62,859 nt of DNA, taken from positions 1-62,859 of the IMG/VR virus record IMGVR_UViG_3300025389_001457. One strand, written 5' to 3'. The notes under the pieces are model-generated. The model did not search any database and had not been told where the DNA came from. It saw only the letters and a program-made list of their open reading frames with translations. A program made the translations under genes and the position numbers. Shown piece by piece: positions 39,072 through 49,447 of the stretch. Source of the DNA: a virus. Its lineage: Duplodnaviria > Caudoviricetes. Position 1 is the first letter of the stretch. Every line of letters begins with the position of its first letter.

Positions 39072-40007
39072 ATGACAAAAAATTATCTTTGGGTTGAGAA
39101 ATACCGTCCCAATAGCGTGACGGATTATGTGTGGCGTGATGCCGCACAAGAAGTACAAGTTCGCCAATGGATTAGTGATAGTACTATCCCGCATCTGCTA
39201 TTCAGTGGCGGACCAGGCACAGGCAAGACTACCTTGGCAAAGGTTCTAATCCATGATTTGGGCGTTGATGATTATGATGTGTTACAAATCAATGCTTCCC
39301 GTGATAACGGTGTAGATTTTATCCGTGATAAGATTGAAGGATTTGTTTCTACAATGCCATTTGGCGAGTTTAAGATTGTTTTGCTGGATGAGGCAGATTA
39401 TTTGTCACCTAATGCACAGGCTGTGTTGCGTGGATTAATGGAAACATATAGTGCAAGCGCACGTTTTATTATGACTTGCAATTATCCTAATAAAATTATT
39501 CCAGCACTGCATAGTCGTTGCCAAGGATTTCATATTGAACGACTTGATAAAACAGAATTTACAGCACGTGCTGCTACTATTTTAGTAAGCGAAAGTGTTG
39601 ATTTTGATTTAGATACGTTAGATGTTTATGTAACTGCAACATATCCTGATTTGCGTAAATGTATTAATAGTTTGCAAAGTGCAAGCAATGGTGGGACGTT
39701 AAGTTCTTCAAGTAGCGATTCTCAAAGCAGCACAGATTATCGCATTGCTGCCGTTGATTTGTTTAAGAATGGCAAGATACGAGAAGCACGTAAATTACTC
39801 TGTAATCAGGTTAGGGCAGACGAGATTGAAGAAGTGTTTCGTTGGATGTATGATAATCTTGAACTATTCTCAACAAGCGATGAGGGGCAAGATCGTGCCA
39901 TTGTTATTATTCGCAATGGTTTAGTTAATCATTCTATGGTTGCCGATGCTGAAATTAATTTAAGTGCTACCCTGTGCGAGTTGGCGGAAATTAATGGAAA
40001 TTCTTAG
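39072..40007 (+). CDS. clamp loader AAA+ subunit (gp44/RFC-like)
   Basis: WVEKYRP, GGPGTGKTT, NAS, DEAD, SRC. Confidence 0.92.
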   Translation: MTKNYLWVEKYRPNSVTDYVWRDAAQEVQVRQWISDSTIPHLLFSGGPGTGKTTLAKVLIHDLGVDDYDVLQINASRDNGVDFIRDKIEGFVSTMPFGEFKIVLLDEADYLSPNAQAVLRGLMETYSASARFIMTCNYPNKIIPALHSRCQGFHIERLDKTEFTARAATILVSESVDFDLDTLDVYVTATYPDLRKCINSLQSASNGGTLSSSSSDSQSSTDYRIAAVDLFKNGKIREARKLLCNQVRADEIEEVFRWMYDNLELFSTSDEGQDRAIVIIRNGLVNHSMVADAEINLSATLCELAEINGNS

Positions 40008-40329
40008 TCATATACATAACACGTATAAGAAAACACGCAAAAAGAAATTTACAGCGGAAGAAAAACGTATATTGCGTCCTATTGCAGAAACAATTGCTAT
40101 TATGGATGGCAATGCGTTTTTTGGCTTACAAAAAGATGATAATGGCAATGATACTTGGTATGAACAGTATCTAGTAGAAGCATGGATGATTGCATCACAT
40201 AAAAATAAAATAAACGGATGGGTTTGTGAAACCAGTTGGGTAAAAGATATGACTCACGAAAACCCATCCGTAGAAGAAGCCTATAATAATTGGCAACTAT
40301 TAAAGATATTAAGTCGTTCTAATAATTAA
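39994..40329 (+). CDS. hypothetical protein
   Basis: LRPIAET.A..DGNAFF. Confidence 0.6.
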   Translation: MEILSHIHNTYKKTRKKKFTAEEKRILRPIAETIAIMDGNAFFGLQKDDNGNDTWYEQYLVEAWMIASHKNKINGWVCETSWVKDMTHENPSVEEAYNNWQLLKILSRSNN

Positions 40330-41087
40330 ATATCTCCATAAATTCGCAGAATTTCTTCAACTGCAGGATGACGTTCAATGTCACCGCCGTTAAATTCAAC
40401 AGTGCCAACATATTCGCTGTCACGGAAACGATCCATTAGACGATTGAAATCTAACAATCCATTTTCACCTTCGGTTCTATCAGTCTGACGAATATCACCT
40501 GTAACAACAATTTTGCTGCTTTCGCCAATGCGTGTTAGCAACATCTTCATTTGATTAGGTGTTGCGTTCTGCATTTCATCAGCAATAATCATACTTTTCT
40601 TAAAAGTACGACCACGCATAAATGCAAGTGGGCAAATTTCAATCACACCTGTTTCAACCATTTGTTGAGTTTCACGAATACTATAATATTCATGTAGAAC
40701 GTCAAATAGTGGCTTTGTCCAAGGTTCCATTTTTTGATTTAAATCGCCTGGCAAGAAACCATGCTTTTCGCCTTCTACTCCAACTGCTGGACGTGTGAGG
40801 ATTATTTTTTCAATCTCACGCTCTTTAAGTGCTTTAATTGCAGCTTGCATTGCCAATAGTGTTTTACCAGTACCTGCTGGACCGCTTGCGATGACGATAG
40901 AGATATCTGGATTTAGTAGTAGGTCAAGATATGTTTCTTGATTTAAATTACGAGGAATAATTTCAACTCGTCGTTTCTTTTCTGGAAGAAATTGTTCTAT
41001 TTGAGTTATGTTGTTGTAGTTTTTGCTGTAGGACTGATTGTTTGGGTTCATGTTTTGATTGTACTTCTGTCTACGCTTATTCTGCAT
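40326..41087 (-). CDS. phoH: PhoH-like ATPase
   Basis: GPAGTGKT, GFLPG, FMRGRT, DE.QN, TGD..Q.D, RH. Confidence 0.93.
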   Translation of the reverse strand: MQNKRRQKYNQNMNPNNQSYSKNYNNITQIEQFLPEKKRRVEIIPRNLNQETYLDLLLNPDISIVIASGPAGTGKTLLAMQAAIKALKEREIEKIILTRPAVGVEGEKHGFLPGDLNQKMEPWTKPLFDVLHEYYSIRETQQMVETGVIEICPLAFMRGRTFKKSMIIADEMQNATPNQMKMLLTRIGESSKIVVTGDIRQTDRTEGENGLLDFNRLMDRFRDSEYVGTVEFNGGDIERHPAVEEILRIYGDI

Positions 41088-41198
41088 TTTATATCCCTGT
41101 GTTGGTTGTAACACAAAATTATTTAAGATTATAATATGACAATAATATTGTAATCTATTATCACTGTTTAAAATCATAAATATCTCAAAGGTGTTGCT

Positions 41199-41771
41199 AT
41201 GAGTGTAAAACCAAATTTAGATAGTGTTAAAAAATTATATATGAGTGATGCTAGTCTTAGCATGCTTTGTGACTTTGAACGTGTGCTTGATAGCATGGAT
41301 TTCTATGCTTTTCCAAACTGGCGTTTAGGAGAATTAGTAGAAGGTCCAATTATTAGTCGTTATTGGGTAAAATGCAAATTTATGTGGCCCCGTGATCGTA
41401 TGCCTGATCCTGCTGCTGCAAAAAGATTAATGCCCTATGGTGCTAAGATTATCTACACAAAAGATAAAGTACAAATCCCAGTAAGTATTAGAAGTCCCGC
41501 CGATATTAGACCAGGCAGTCATAAAGGCAAATTAATGGATTTTCCAATTTGGTATGTGGAAATGATGTTGCCTAAAAAACTTATGAGTGATATTAAGCAT
41601 GGTTCAGTAGATATAGCAGGCGAAGAAGTTGATTTAGCTGATTTGCAAACTAGTATTGAAAAAGGTTTAAGTGATAAGAGTGTTGCACAAAATTCAGCGC
41701 CACAAGCACAAGGGCAACCGCCAGAAGAAGCACCAGGAGTTGAAGCAAATGTCCCGCAACCAAATATCTGA
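41199..41771 (+). CDS. conserved jumbo-phage protein
   Basis: DFERVLD..D.Y.F.NW..GELV.GP, MPDP; upstream TAAATA. Confidence 0.75.
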   Translation: MSVKPNLDSVKKLYMSDASLSMLCDFERVLDSMDFYAFPNWRLGELVEGPIISRYWVKCKFMWPRDRMPDPAAAKRLMPYGAKIIYTKDKVQIPVSIRSPADIRPGSHKGKLMDFPIWYVEMMLPKKLMSDIKHGSVDIAGEEVDLADLQTSIEKGLSDKSVAQNSAPQAQGQPPEEAPGVEANVPQPNI

Positions 41772-42273
41772 AGGTTTGCAAATGGGCGACCTTAATTATC
41801 TTGTTAGTGATACAATTCATATTGATGAATATAACAGCAAGATGGGTCAGGCTAGTGATGTTATTACATTAAGTTTTAAAATTCGTGATATTATGCCAGC
41901 AAACGACCTTGTAAGTTTTCTTGAAAATGGTTATGATTGGGTACTTGATGCTGATGTTAGCACAGGCGAAGTAAGCGATAATGATCGTTTAGTATTTGTT
42001 GAAGTACAACGCAGACCTGGCATTTACAAATATATTAACGAAATGCTTACTGATCTTGATCATTTGACTGGAATTAAATCAGATGAATGGAAATTTCGTT
42101 GGTATAAAAGCAGCGATTATGTACCAATGAATGAAGAAGAATTTAATACTCTTGTGCCGCTAACTGCTGACAAGTACGAGGAAAGCGTGAAAAATTTTCG
42201 TGCAATGAAAAATGAAGCAGAAAAGTTAAATAAAGATATAGACGACATCAAAAGACTTAGCGGGATTATCTAA
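41749..42273 (+). CDS. probable head-associated protein
   Basis: ISEGL N-terminus, IDEY.SKMG, C-terminal IKRLSGI. Confidence 0.65.
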   Translation: MSRNQISEGLQMGDLNYLVSDTIHIDEYNSKMGQASDVITLSFKIRDIMPANDLVSFLENGYDWVLDADVSTGEVSDNDRLVFVEVQRRPGIYKYINEMLTDLDHLTGIKSDEWKFRWYKSSDYVPMNEEEFNTLVPLTADKYEESVKNFRAMKNEAEKLNKDIDDIKRLSGII

Positions 42274-42674
42274 TGTTTGGTTTTTCAATTTATAAAATAC
42301 TGGCTGTAGTATTACTAATTGGCGCAGTAGTTGGTTACTTCAAATATACACAAGATGAATTGGCAAGATTAAATCAGGAAGTTGCAAGCAAAGATTTTGC
42401 TCTTAAAACTACTACTGCAACACTTGAAAAAACACAAGCAGATTTAAAAGAACAACAAGCAATTTCACAAAAAACATTTGATGATTATCAAGCTGCTCGC
42501 AATGAAGTGCAAGACATTCAGTCAAAATTTACAAAAAACAATCGTGATCTTGGTGCATTCGCTGCTGCAAAGCCAATAGAAGTTAAAAAACGCATGAATG
42601 ATGCAACAGCCAAATCATTTCGTTGTATAGAAGATACAGTCAATAAAGGTATAGCCAATGCTCAAGGTTGTTAA
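42273..42674 (+). CDS. i-spanin (Rz-like)
   Basis: N-terminal TM followed by coiled coil; overlaps a lipoprotein gene. Confidence 0.75.
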   Translation: MFGFSIYKILAVVLLIGAVVGYFKYTQDELARLNQEVASKDFALKTTTATLEKTQADLKEQQAISQKTFDDYQAARNEVQDIQSKFTKNNRDLGAFAAAKPIEVKKRMNDATAKSFRCIEDTVNKGIANAQGC

Positions 42675-43056
42675 AACACTTCCGTTATGTTTATTACTTG
42701 CTGCTTGTCAAACAGCGCAGCCTACTACTGCAGTTGTAACTGTTGAACGTCCAACTCTTGTGCTACCAAGCGTAGATCAAATTAAGTTAAATGACATTGA
42801 GTGGCACGTGGTAAATAAGAGCGCAAAACCAGGAAGTGAAGATCACATTGACACGGCATTTGGAGCGGCACATAGCGAAAGCCTTTTCGCCATTAATCCA
42901 AGAGATTATGAAGACTTGGCAGTTAACCAAGCCAATCTTGTTAAAGTTATTAGACAATATCAAGCACAAATTAACGCCTATAAACAATACTACGATTCAC
43001 AAGCCTCTACTACAGGTACAACTAAAGCAGGAAGCACCAGTGGCAGCACCAATTGA
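42658..43056 (+). CDS. o-spanin (Rz1-like lipoprotein)
   Basis: Lipobox LLLAAC; Pro-containing segment. Confidence 0.75.
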   Translation: MLKVVKTLPLCLLLAACQTAQPTTAVVTVERPTLVLPSVDQIKLNDIEWHVVNKSAKPGSEDHIDTAFGAAHSESLFAINPRDYEDLAVNQANLVKVIRQYQAQINAYKQYYDSQASTTGTTKAGSTSGSTN

Positions 43057-43666
43057 TGACGATGATGAACCAGTCGGCCCTCGTCGCATGGCTGATGATG
43101 AACGACCAGCAGATGCGCAGTTAAAAACTGCTGCACCAACTGAACCCGTTGCTCCGCCTGTTCCTCTCTCAAATGATATTGAACTTCGAAAGATCATGCT
43201 TGAAGAAATGCGTTTTCATCTAGAAGAGCGTAAAGAACTTCACAAAATGGCAATTGAAATTCGCCATGAAGAACAACGTGAAGATGAAATTGCATATGAA
43301 CGTGCGCAAATAGCCAAAGATGAAAACAAAAAAGAAGAAAAAGCCAGCGAACATTGGATGAAAGCATATTGGCGTCCTGCAATGGGTTGGCTTTATATGC
43401 TTATTTGTTTCTTTGATTTTGTTATTGCACCAGTGTTGAGTATGCTTATGCCAATATTCTTAAAAAGTCTTGGCGCAAATACAGTTACCTATACACAATG
43501 GCAAAGTTTGACACTTGCTAATGGTGGATTAATACATCTTGCATTTGGTGCTATTTTAGGTGTAACTGCTTGGGGACGCACACAAGAAAAGAACGCAGCA
43601 AATAATGCAGCAAATGCCGCAAATAATGGTACTAAACCATCAGGTGGTTCAATCAGCACCACTTAA
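43040..43666 (+). CDS. holin-like membrane protein
   Basis: WRPAMGW.Y, H.AFGAILG..AW.R..EK; GTG start with AGGA SD; next to the spanins. Confidence 0.7.
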   Translation: MAAPIDDDDEPVGPRRMADDERPADAQLKTAAPTEPVAPPVPLSNDIELRKIMLEEMRFHLEERKELHKMAIEIRHEEQREDEIAYERAQIAKDENKKEEKASEHWMKAYWRPAMGWLYMLICFFDFVIAPVLSMLMPIFLKSLGANTVTYTQWQSLTLANGGLIHLAFGAILGVTAWGRTQEKNAANNAANAANNGTKPSGGSISTT

Positions 43667-43717
43667 TAATTGACAATGTATGTTGTTTGTAGCATAATTA
43701 TCTAAAAGGATATATTA

Positions 43718-44722
43718 ATGCTAAACAACTTTTATCAAGATTTTTGTGAATATTTTAAATTTCTAAGACTAAAACTTAACAAATTAAACAAAACAAAAAT
43801 AGTATATGATGGACCAATTTTTGATGCGATGGGCCAAATAAACAGTGATGTTAGTGGCGAGCATATCATTAACGTTATGCAACAAAGTGGAGTATATCGT
43901 TTAGCATTATTTGGACGATATTCTCAAGAAAAAGATGCTACTCAACATACGATAGATATTGCAAACAAATATCCAGAACAAATTGTTCTTGGTACGCATA
44001 AGAGAATGGATCAACGAGATGATCTTACAAAACAATTTGTAAATGATACAATAAAAGAAGTGAAAAATGGTGCCAAATTTATTGGCGAACTGCATTATGT
44101 TCATGCTGATAAACAACATGATATTGAATATAAAGAAAATAATCTAACAGGCGAAAGATATGTAAATTGTCTGGCACCAAATAGCAGATCACTTATGAAT
44201 TGGTTGCGTGGGCGCAATATTCCTACTATGGTTCATTGGGAAAATTATAATTGGGAACGTGATTATCCAGATTTTAATGAACTATTTTCAGAATACAGTG
44301 ATATTGATTTTATTATTCCACATTGTGCATACACAGATGATGCGCATATGAACGAAATCTTAAGTCGGCATAAAAATGTTTATGTTACTATTAGTAAAAA
44401 AGATATGTACCACTTCCGCAAAACATGGCTTGACAAATATGGTGATTGGGTAGGTCGCTATAGTCTTAAAAGCAAAGAAAAACAAGCTATATTAGAAGGT
44501 GGTTTTTTAGAACCAAATGGTAAAATTAAATATGATTGGATGGCATTTATAACTCGTTGGCAAGATCAAATCATGTTTGCTACAGATTGTCATACACCTG
44601 CTGCATGGGAACACTATCCACAAATTATAAGCGTATGGCGTGAATTACTTGCACAGTTGCCACCACATATCCTTGAAAAAGTTGCTTATAAAAATGCAGA
44701 GAAACTGTATAATAAAAAATGA
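43718..44722 (+). CDS. amidohydrolase family metallo-hydrolase
   Basis: IGEL, P..VH, I.PH, MFATD, NAEKL. Confidence 0.75.
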   Translation: MLNNFYQDFCEYFKFLRLKLNKLNKTKIVYDGPIFDAMGQINSDVSGEHIINVMQQSGVYRLALFGRYSQEKDATQHTIDIANKYPEQIVLGTHKRMDQRDDLTKQFVNDTIKEVKNGAKFIGELHYVHADKQHDIEYKENNLTGERYVNCLAPNSRSLMNWLRGRNIPTMVHWENYNWERDYPDFNELFSEYSDIDFIIPHCAYTDDAHMNEILSRHKNVYVTISKKDMYHFRKTWLDKYGDWVGRYSLKSKEKQAILEGGFLEPNGKIKYDWMAFITRWQDQIMFATDCHTPAAWEHYPQIISVWRELLAQLPPHILEKVAYKNAEKLYNKK

Positions 44723-45585
44723 ATCATTATGAAGCATTGGGTGTGGCGCAAAATGCCACACCAGAAGAAGTTAAGAGTGCATTTAGAAAATTAGCAAAAC
44801 AACATCATCCTGACGTAGGCGGTGATCAAGCTAAATTTCAGCAAATTAATGAAGCATATACGACGCTGAGTGATACTAATTCTCGTGCGCACTATGACCA
44901 CACATTACGCAATCCGCAACCACAGTATAATCCTAATACCCAATCTAGTCGCAACCCATTTGAATTTCATTTCAATTTTGGCGGCGGACCTGATCCAATG
45001 GGCGCTTTTCATGATCAATTTTTTCAACAATTTGGATTTGCGACTCGTCAGCAACCAAGAAATCGCAATATAAGAGTTACACTTGAACTTGATTTTTTAG
45101 AAACGTTGAATAAGCAAATCAAGGTTATTGAGTATAGGACTGCTAATCAAACTGATGTGTTACAATTAGAAATACCGCCTGGCATTGAAAGTGGCAATAT
45201 TTTTACTATCGCAAATCGAGGTGATGATGCTAATACTGCTATACCACGCGGTAACTTAGAAGTACAAGTTATTGTTCGTCCGCATAATCGTTTTCAACGA
45301 AATGGTGAAAATATTATAGAGGATATAACGATTGATTGTTTTCAAGCTATTTTAGGCTGCAATATACCGTTAAATTTGCCTAGTGGAAAATCAATAGAAA
45401 TTAATATTCCTCGTGGCACACAACATCAAAGTCAGTTTGGTATAACGGACGAAGGGTTTCCTAGACCAAACGGCACACGTGGCAAATATATAGTAAAAGT
45501 TAATATTCTGATTCCATCTGCATTAACCTCACAGCAGCTTAATTTAGTAGAAGAAATTGTTAAATTAAAACCAGTAAATACTTGA
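44719..45585 (+). CDS. dnaJ: DnaJ/CbpA-like co-chaperone (no Zn finger)
   Basis: HHPD J-domain, G/F-rich region, C-terminal IP.G repeats. Confidence 0.9.
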   Translation: MNHYEALGVAQNATPEEVKSAFRKLAKQHHPDVGGDQAKFQQINEAYTTLSDTNSRAHYDHTLRNPQPQYNPNTQSSRNPFEFHFNFGGGPDPMGAFHDQFFQQFGFATRQQPRNRNIRVTLELDFLETLNKQIKVIEYRTANQTDVLQLEIPPGIESGNIFTIANRGDDANTAIPRGNLEVQVIVRPHNRFQRNGENIIEDITIDCFQAILGCNIPLNLPSGKSIEINIPRGTQHQSQFGITDEGFPRPNGTRGKYIVKVNILIPSALTSQQLNLVEEIVKLKPVNT

Positions 45586-45609
45586 CATTAAAAATAAACG
45601 TGTTATATT
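45582..45609 (+). promoter_or_regulatory. sigma70-like promoter, leaderless
   Basis: TTGACAttaaaaataaacgtgtTATATT followed 6 nt later by ATG. Confidence 0.65.
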
Positions 45610-45615
45610 AAAATT

Positions 45616-47856
45616 ATGGCAAATTCATTTAATAGTAACAGTGACTTAGAAAAAATCGTAAAGTTTGCAAAACAATTTGCAAGCGAAAACAATCATCAAT
45701 ATTTTACCGTAGAGCATTTATTGCTTTCTATGCTACATGAAAAAAGTTTTATTTCTGTGCTAGAAACTATTGGCGTTGATGTTCAACAATTAGTTAAAGA
45801 AGTTGAAGATTATATTTTTGAAAATGTACCAGTTAATACAGCAAACACTGTAGAACCTAAAAAAACACAAATTATTGAACGAGTTTTTAATCGTGCTTTT
45901 ACTCAAGTAATTTTACTTGGTCGCAATACAATTCATATCAGTGATTTATATCTTTCTATTTCTAAAGAAACACATAGTCACGCTGCTTACTTTTTGAACA
46001 AATATGGTGTAGAACCAGAAAAAGTTATTGAAGCATATAACAAAAATAAAAATAAAAAATCAAGTAGTTATGCTACAAATACCTTAGAAGAATACTGCAT
46101 TAATTTAAATGAAAATGCACGTAATGGAAAAATTGAGCAATTAATTGGTCGCGAAAGCGAACTTGCTGATATGACACAAATTCTTGCTCGTAAGAATAAG
46201 TGCAATGTGTTACTTGTCGGTGATGCCGGTGTCGGTAAAACAGCGATTGCAGAAGGTCTTGCTCTTAACATTGTTAATGGCGATGTGCCTAAATTTCTAA
46301 AAAATCATGAAGTTTATAGCTTAAACATTGGTTCGCTATTAGCTGGCACAAAATATCGTGGTGATTTTGAAGAACGCTTACAAGAAATTATGAATGCTGC
46401 TACTGAACTTGGCAACATTATTTTGTTTATTGACGAAGCACATCAGATGCGAGGCGCTGGCAGCGGCAGTAATAGCAGTGTAGATTTTTCCAACATGTTA
46501 AAACCAGCACTTGCTCGTGGTGATTTTAAAGTTATTGCTTCTACTACATGGGAAGAATATACACAACATTTTGAAAAAGACCGTGCGCTTATGCGTCGTT
46601 TTAATCGTGTGAGTGTCGATGAACCTAGTGTTGCCGATACCAAGACTATTCTTCTAGGTATTAAGAGCAGCTATGAAACATTTCATAACGTTAAAATTAC
46701 TGATGCAGCAATTACAGAAGCTGTAGAATTAAGTGCGCGCTATCAAGCAGATAAAAAACTGCCAGATAAAGCTATTGATCTAATAGATAGTGCCGCTGCT
46801 CTTCGCCGCACACAGTCACGTGGCTCTCGTACAATTGACGTTAATCATATTCGTCGTGAATTAAGTCGTATTACTAAAATTCCTGAATCACAATTGGGCG
46901 CAGAAAATACACAAAAGATTATGCCCAACATCGGCGCTGAAATCAAAGCAGTTGTATATAATCAAGATACAGCCGTCGATAAGGTTCTTGATCGTGTATG
47001 GGTATCCCAAGCAGGATTAAAAGCTGATAACAAACCAGTTGGTTCATTCCTGTTCCTTGGACCCACTGGAACAGGTAAAACCGAACTTGCTAAACAATTA
47101 GCTGATCGGTTGAGCATGAAGTTACTGCGCTTTGATATGAGTGAATATCAAGAGCGTCATTCTATCTCACGCCTTATTGGTGCGCCACCAGGCTATGTTG
47201 GTTATGAAGATGCTAACCTTGCTGGTGGTTTGTTGATTAGTGAGATTGCCAAGAATCCACATTGTATTATTCTTTTTGACGAGATTGAAAAAGCACATCC
47301 TGATGTATCACAGGTGTTGCTGCAAGTTATGGACGAAGGTTTCATTACTGGTACCAATGGCAAACGTGCTGATTGCCGCCAATCTATCCTTATCATGACA
47401 AGTAATTTGGGTGCTGCTGATAGCGAACGCAATGTTATTGGATTTGGCGGTGGAACAAATGTGGATGCAGTTGATGCTGCTGTTAAAGAATTCTTCCGTC
47501 CAGAGTTCCGCAATCGTGTAGATGCGATTGTTACATTCAACAAACTTGATAACGTTACAATTCGCAAGGTTGCAGAAAAGTTTATTCGTGATCTAAATGA
47601 ACAATTATTATTAAAGAATACATCCGTATCACTCACTGATGCTGCATGGGATTGGCTGTGTAAAAAAGGCTATACTCCAAGTCTTGGCGCACGACCAATG
47701 CATCGTACAATTCATGAACATATCAAAGTTCCGTTAGCAAAGAAAATACTGTTTGACAAGACAGCAAATCATGCTATTATTAAGGTAGACTTAATTGATG
47801 ATAAGTTAGAATTGGTAGCGCAAGATGACAGAGATAACGGAACTAACCTTAATTGA
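45616..47856 (+). CDS. clpA: ATP-dependent Clp protease ATP-binding subunit ClpA
   Basis: Two AAA modules (GDAGVGKT, GPTGTGKT), KYRGDFEER, PPGYVG, IGF loop. Confidence 0.93.
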   Translation: MANSFNSNSDLEKIVKFAKQFASENNHQYFTVEHLLLSMLHEKSFISVLETIGVDVQQLVKEVEDYIFENVPVNTANTVEPKKTQIIERVFNRAFTQVILLGRNTIHISDLYLSISKETHSHAAYFLNKYGVEPEKVIEAYNKNKNKKSSSYATNTLEEYCINLNENARNGKIEQLIGRESELADMTQILARKNKCNVLLVGDAGVGKTAIAEGLALNIVNGDVPKFLKNHEVYSLNIGSLLAGTKYRGDFEERLQEIMNAATELGNIILFIDEAHQMRGAGSGSNSSVDFSNMLKPALARGDFKVIASTTWEEYTQHFEKDRALMRRFNRVSVDEPSVADTKTILLGIKSSYETFHNVKITDAAITEAVELSARYQADKKLPDKAIDLIDSAAALRRTQSRGSRTIDVNHIRRELSRITKIPESQLGAENTQKIMPNIGAEIKAVVYNQDTAVDKVLDRVWVSQAGLKADNKPVGSFLFLGPTGTGKTELAKQLADRLSMKLLRFDMSEYQERHSISRLIGAPPGYVGYEDANLAGGLLISEIAKNPHCIILFDEIEKAHPDVSQVLLQVMDEGFITGTNGKRADCRQSILIMTSNLGAADSERNVIGFGGGTNVDAVDAAVKEFFRPEFRNRVDAIVTFNKLDNVTIRKVAEKFIRDLNEQLLLKNTSVSLTDAAWDWLCKKGYTPSLGARPMHRTIHEHIKVPLAKKILFDKTANHAIIKVDLIDDKLELVAQDDRDNGTNLN

Positions 47857-48523
47857 ATACCGTGATCGGTTTAAAGACCACTTGTTTAAGTGGTATATTG
47901 GCACTGAAAATAAACTATGGTATGGCAAGTATCACTTTCGTGTAGAATTAGCAGTTCCAAGAGATTGGGATATTCGTGAAAATATGCGAAAGACTTTGAA
48001 AAATCTTGATCCAGATTGTCGGCTTCGTAAAGAATCATATTTGCGTTTCTTTACCAATAGTACCACAGCACTTGACGCAATTCTTGATGATCCATCATTG
48101 CTTGCATCAGTCAAGGGATTTACCACAAGCAATAATCAGTATATTGCTGAAATGAATAATCTTGACAATATCGCGGTTGATGTTAAACTTGTAAGTGAAT
48201 TGAAGTATAATCCTAATGTTCCTTATCAGGTTGATTTCGACACGTATTGGGGATGGCAAAGCGGCGGTTATGGTGGCAGAAAAACACAACGAGATAACTT
48301 GCTTGAATTACATAAATTTGTAACTGATAATAGCGATGATTTGTTTATGCCATACGAATTAAACCGTTGGTGTGTTCGTACCAGTACAGGTCTTGAAACA
48401 GGTTATTACTATGGTTCAGTCCGTGTATTTTGCAGAAGTGCAGACAACATTCCGCTGCTGTATATGTTATTCCAAGATGGAATCAATAAAGTCTATAAGT
48501 TAGTAAAGAAAGAGAAAGCGTAA
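47825..48523 (+). CDS. hypothetical protein
   Basis: 232-aa ORF; TTGACA promoter near 47753. Confidence 0.7.
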   Translation: MTEITELTLIEYRDRFKDHLFKWYIGTENKLWYGKYHFRVELAVPRDWDIRENMRKTLKNLDPDCRLRKESYLRFFTNSTTALDAILDDPSLLASVKGFTTSNNQYIAEMNNLDNIAVDVKLVSELKYNPNVPYQVDFDTYWGWQSGGYGGRKTQRDNLLELHKFVTDNSDDLFMPYELNRWCVRTSTGLETGYYYGSVRVFCRSADNIPLLYMLFQDGINKVYKLVKKEKA

Positions 48524-48527
48524 CATT

Positions 48528-48878
48528 ATGAATATTGAATTAGCAACAGCCCTTATTAATCGTGGTGTCGTGAATACAAAGACTCGTATTCTAGCACGTT
48601 GTCCTGTACCAGCCTTTGGTGGCATGCCGATGGAGAAACAATTATTTCTTAATGTAGATAAAGTTGTTAGTGATGAGGGCACGATGAAGTTCATTTCTTC
48701 ACATCGAAGTGGGCGAAAGTTTAGTGTGCCTATTGATAAGATTGATGAAATTGATGGCATGGAACCTACTCGTCTTGGTCTTGCTTATGATATTAAACCT
48801 AATGGTGTGGTACGTGGCGGTGGTAAAAAGCGCGGACGTAAGCCTAGAATAAATACATTGGAGAATATCAATGGCTAA
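48528..48878 (+). CDS. hypothetical protein (basic C-terminus)
   Basis: IDGM...R....Y..K..G......KKRGRKP. Confidence 0.7.
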   Translation: MNIELATALINRGVVNTKTRILARCPVPAFGGMPMEKQLFLNVDKVVSDEGTMKFISSHRSGRKFSVPIDKIDEIDGMEPTRLGLAYDIKPNGVVRGGGKKRGRKPRINTLENING

Positions 48879-49041
48879 AATCTACGAAGAAGTATTAGTT
48901 ATCAAAGTAAGCAAACTTGTTGCTGACAAAAATTCAAACAATCAAGACATCCTACGTGATGATATTGTTGAAAGTATTGAAAGTGTTGTTCAGGAATTAG
49001 TTGGCAATAATATAATTGTTGAAGTTGAAAAAGCGGAATAA
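48871..49041 (+). CDS. small hypothetical protein (56 aa, absent from the ORF track)
   Basis: MAKIYEEVLVIKVSKLV...IIVEVEKAE; TAAATA and SD GGAG upstream. Confidence 0.7.
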   Translation: MAKIYEEVLVIKVSKLVADKNSNNQDILRDDIVESIESVVQELVGNNIIVEVEKAE

Positions 49042-49043
49042 TA

Positions 49044-49415
49044 ATGGCTAGTTTACCACAAGTAGTGTTAAGTTCAATACAGTACGGACAAGTTTATCCG
49101 CCATATGATGGCACGAGTACTACTTGGAGCAGCAATCAATTTAAAGGTAATGGCTACTATGGTTATACAGATGGATTACACACAGTAACATATAGTTTAA
49201 GTGGATTTGTTGGCATATTAAAATTTCAAGCAACACTATTAACAAATCCAACAGACAGTGATTGGTTTGATGTTACTGGAACATCTATTGGAGATGGAAC
49301 AACTCCAATAAGCGGCACAACTTTTTATAATTTCACAGGCAATTTCGTCTGGTGTCGTGCGCACATCACAAACTTTTCTGGTGGTAACATTAATAGAGTG
49401 CTATATAATACATAA
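49044..49415 (+). CDS. probable virion structural protein
   Basis: G.GYYG..DG.HT, QATL...P...DWF, NFTGNFVW.RA. Confidence 0.65.
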   Translation: MASLPQVVLSSIQYGQVYPPYDGTSTTWSSNQFKGNGYYGYTDGLHTVTYSLSGFVGILKFQATLLTNPTDSDWFDVTGTSIGDGTTPISGTTFYNFTGNFVWCRAHITNFSGGNINRVLYNT

Positions 49416-49447
49416 TACTCAATTAACCAAGGAAAGATTATTAATCA

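Noticed and set aside
42836-43039. N-terminal extension of the holin ORF in the track
   Set aside because: It overlaps the o-spanin gene; the GTG at 43040 with an AGGA SD is the more plausible start.
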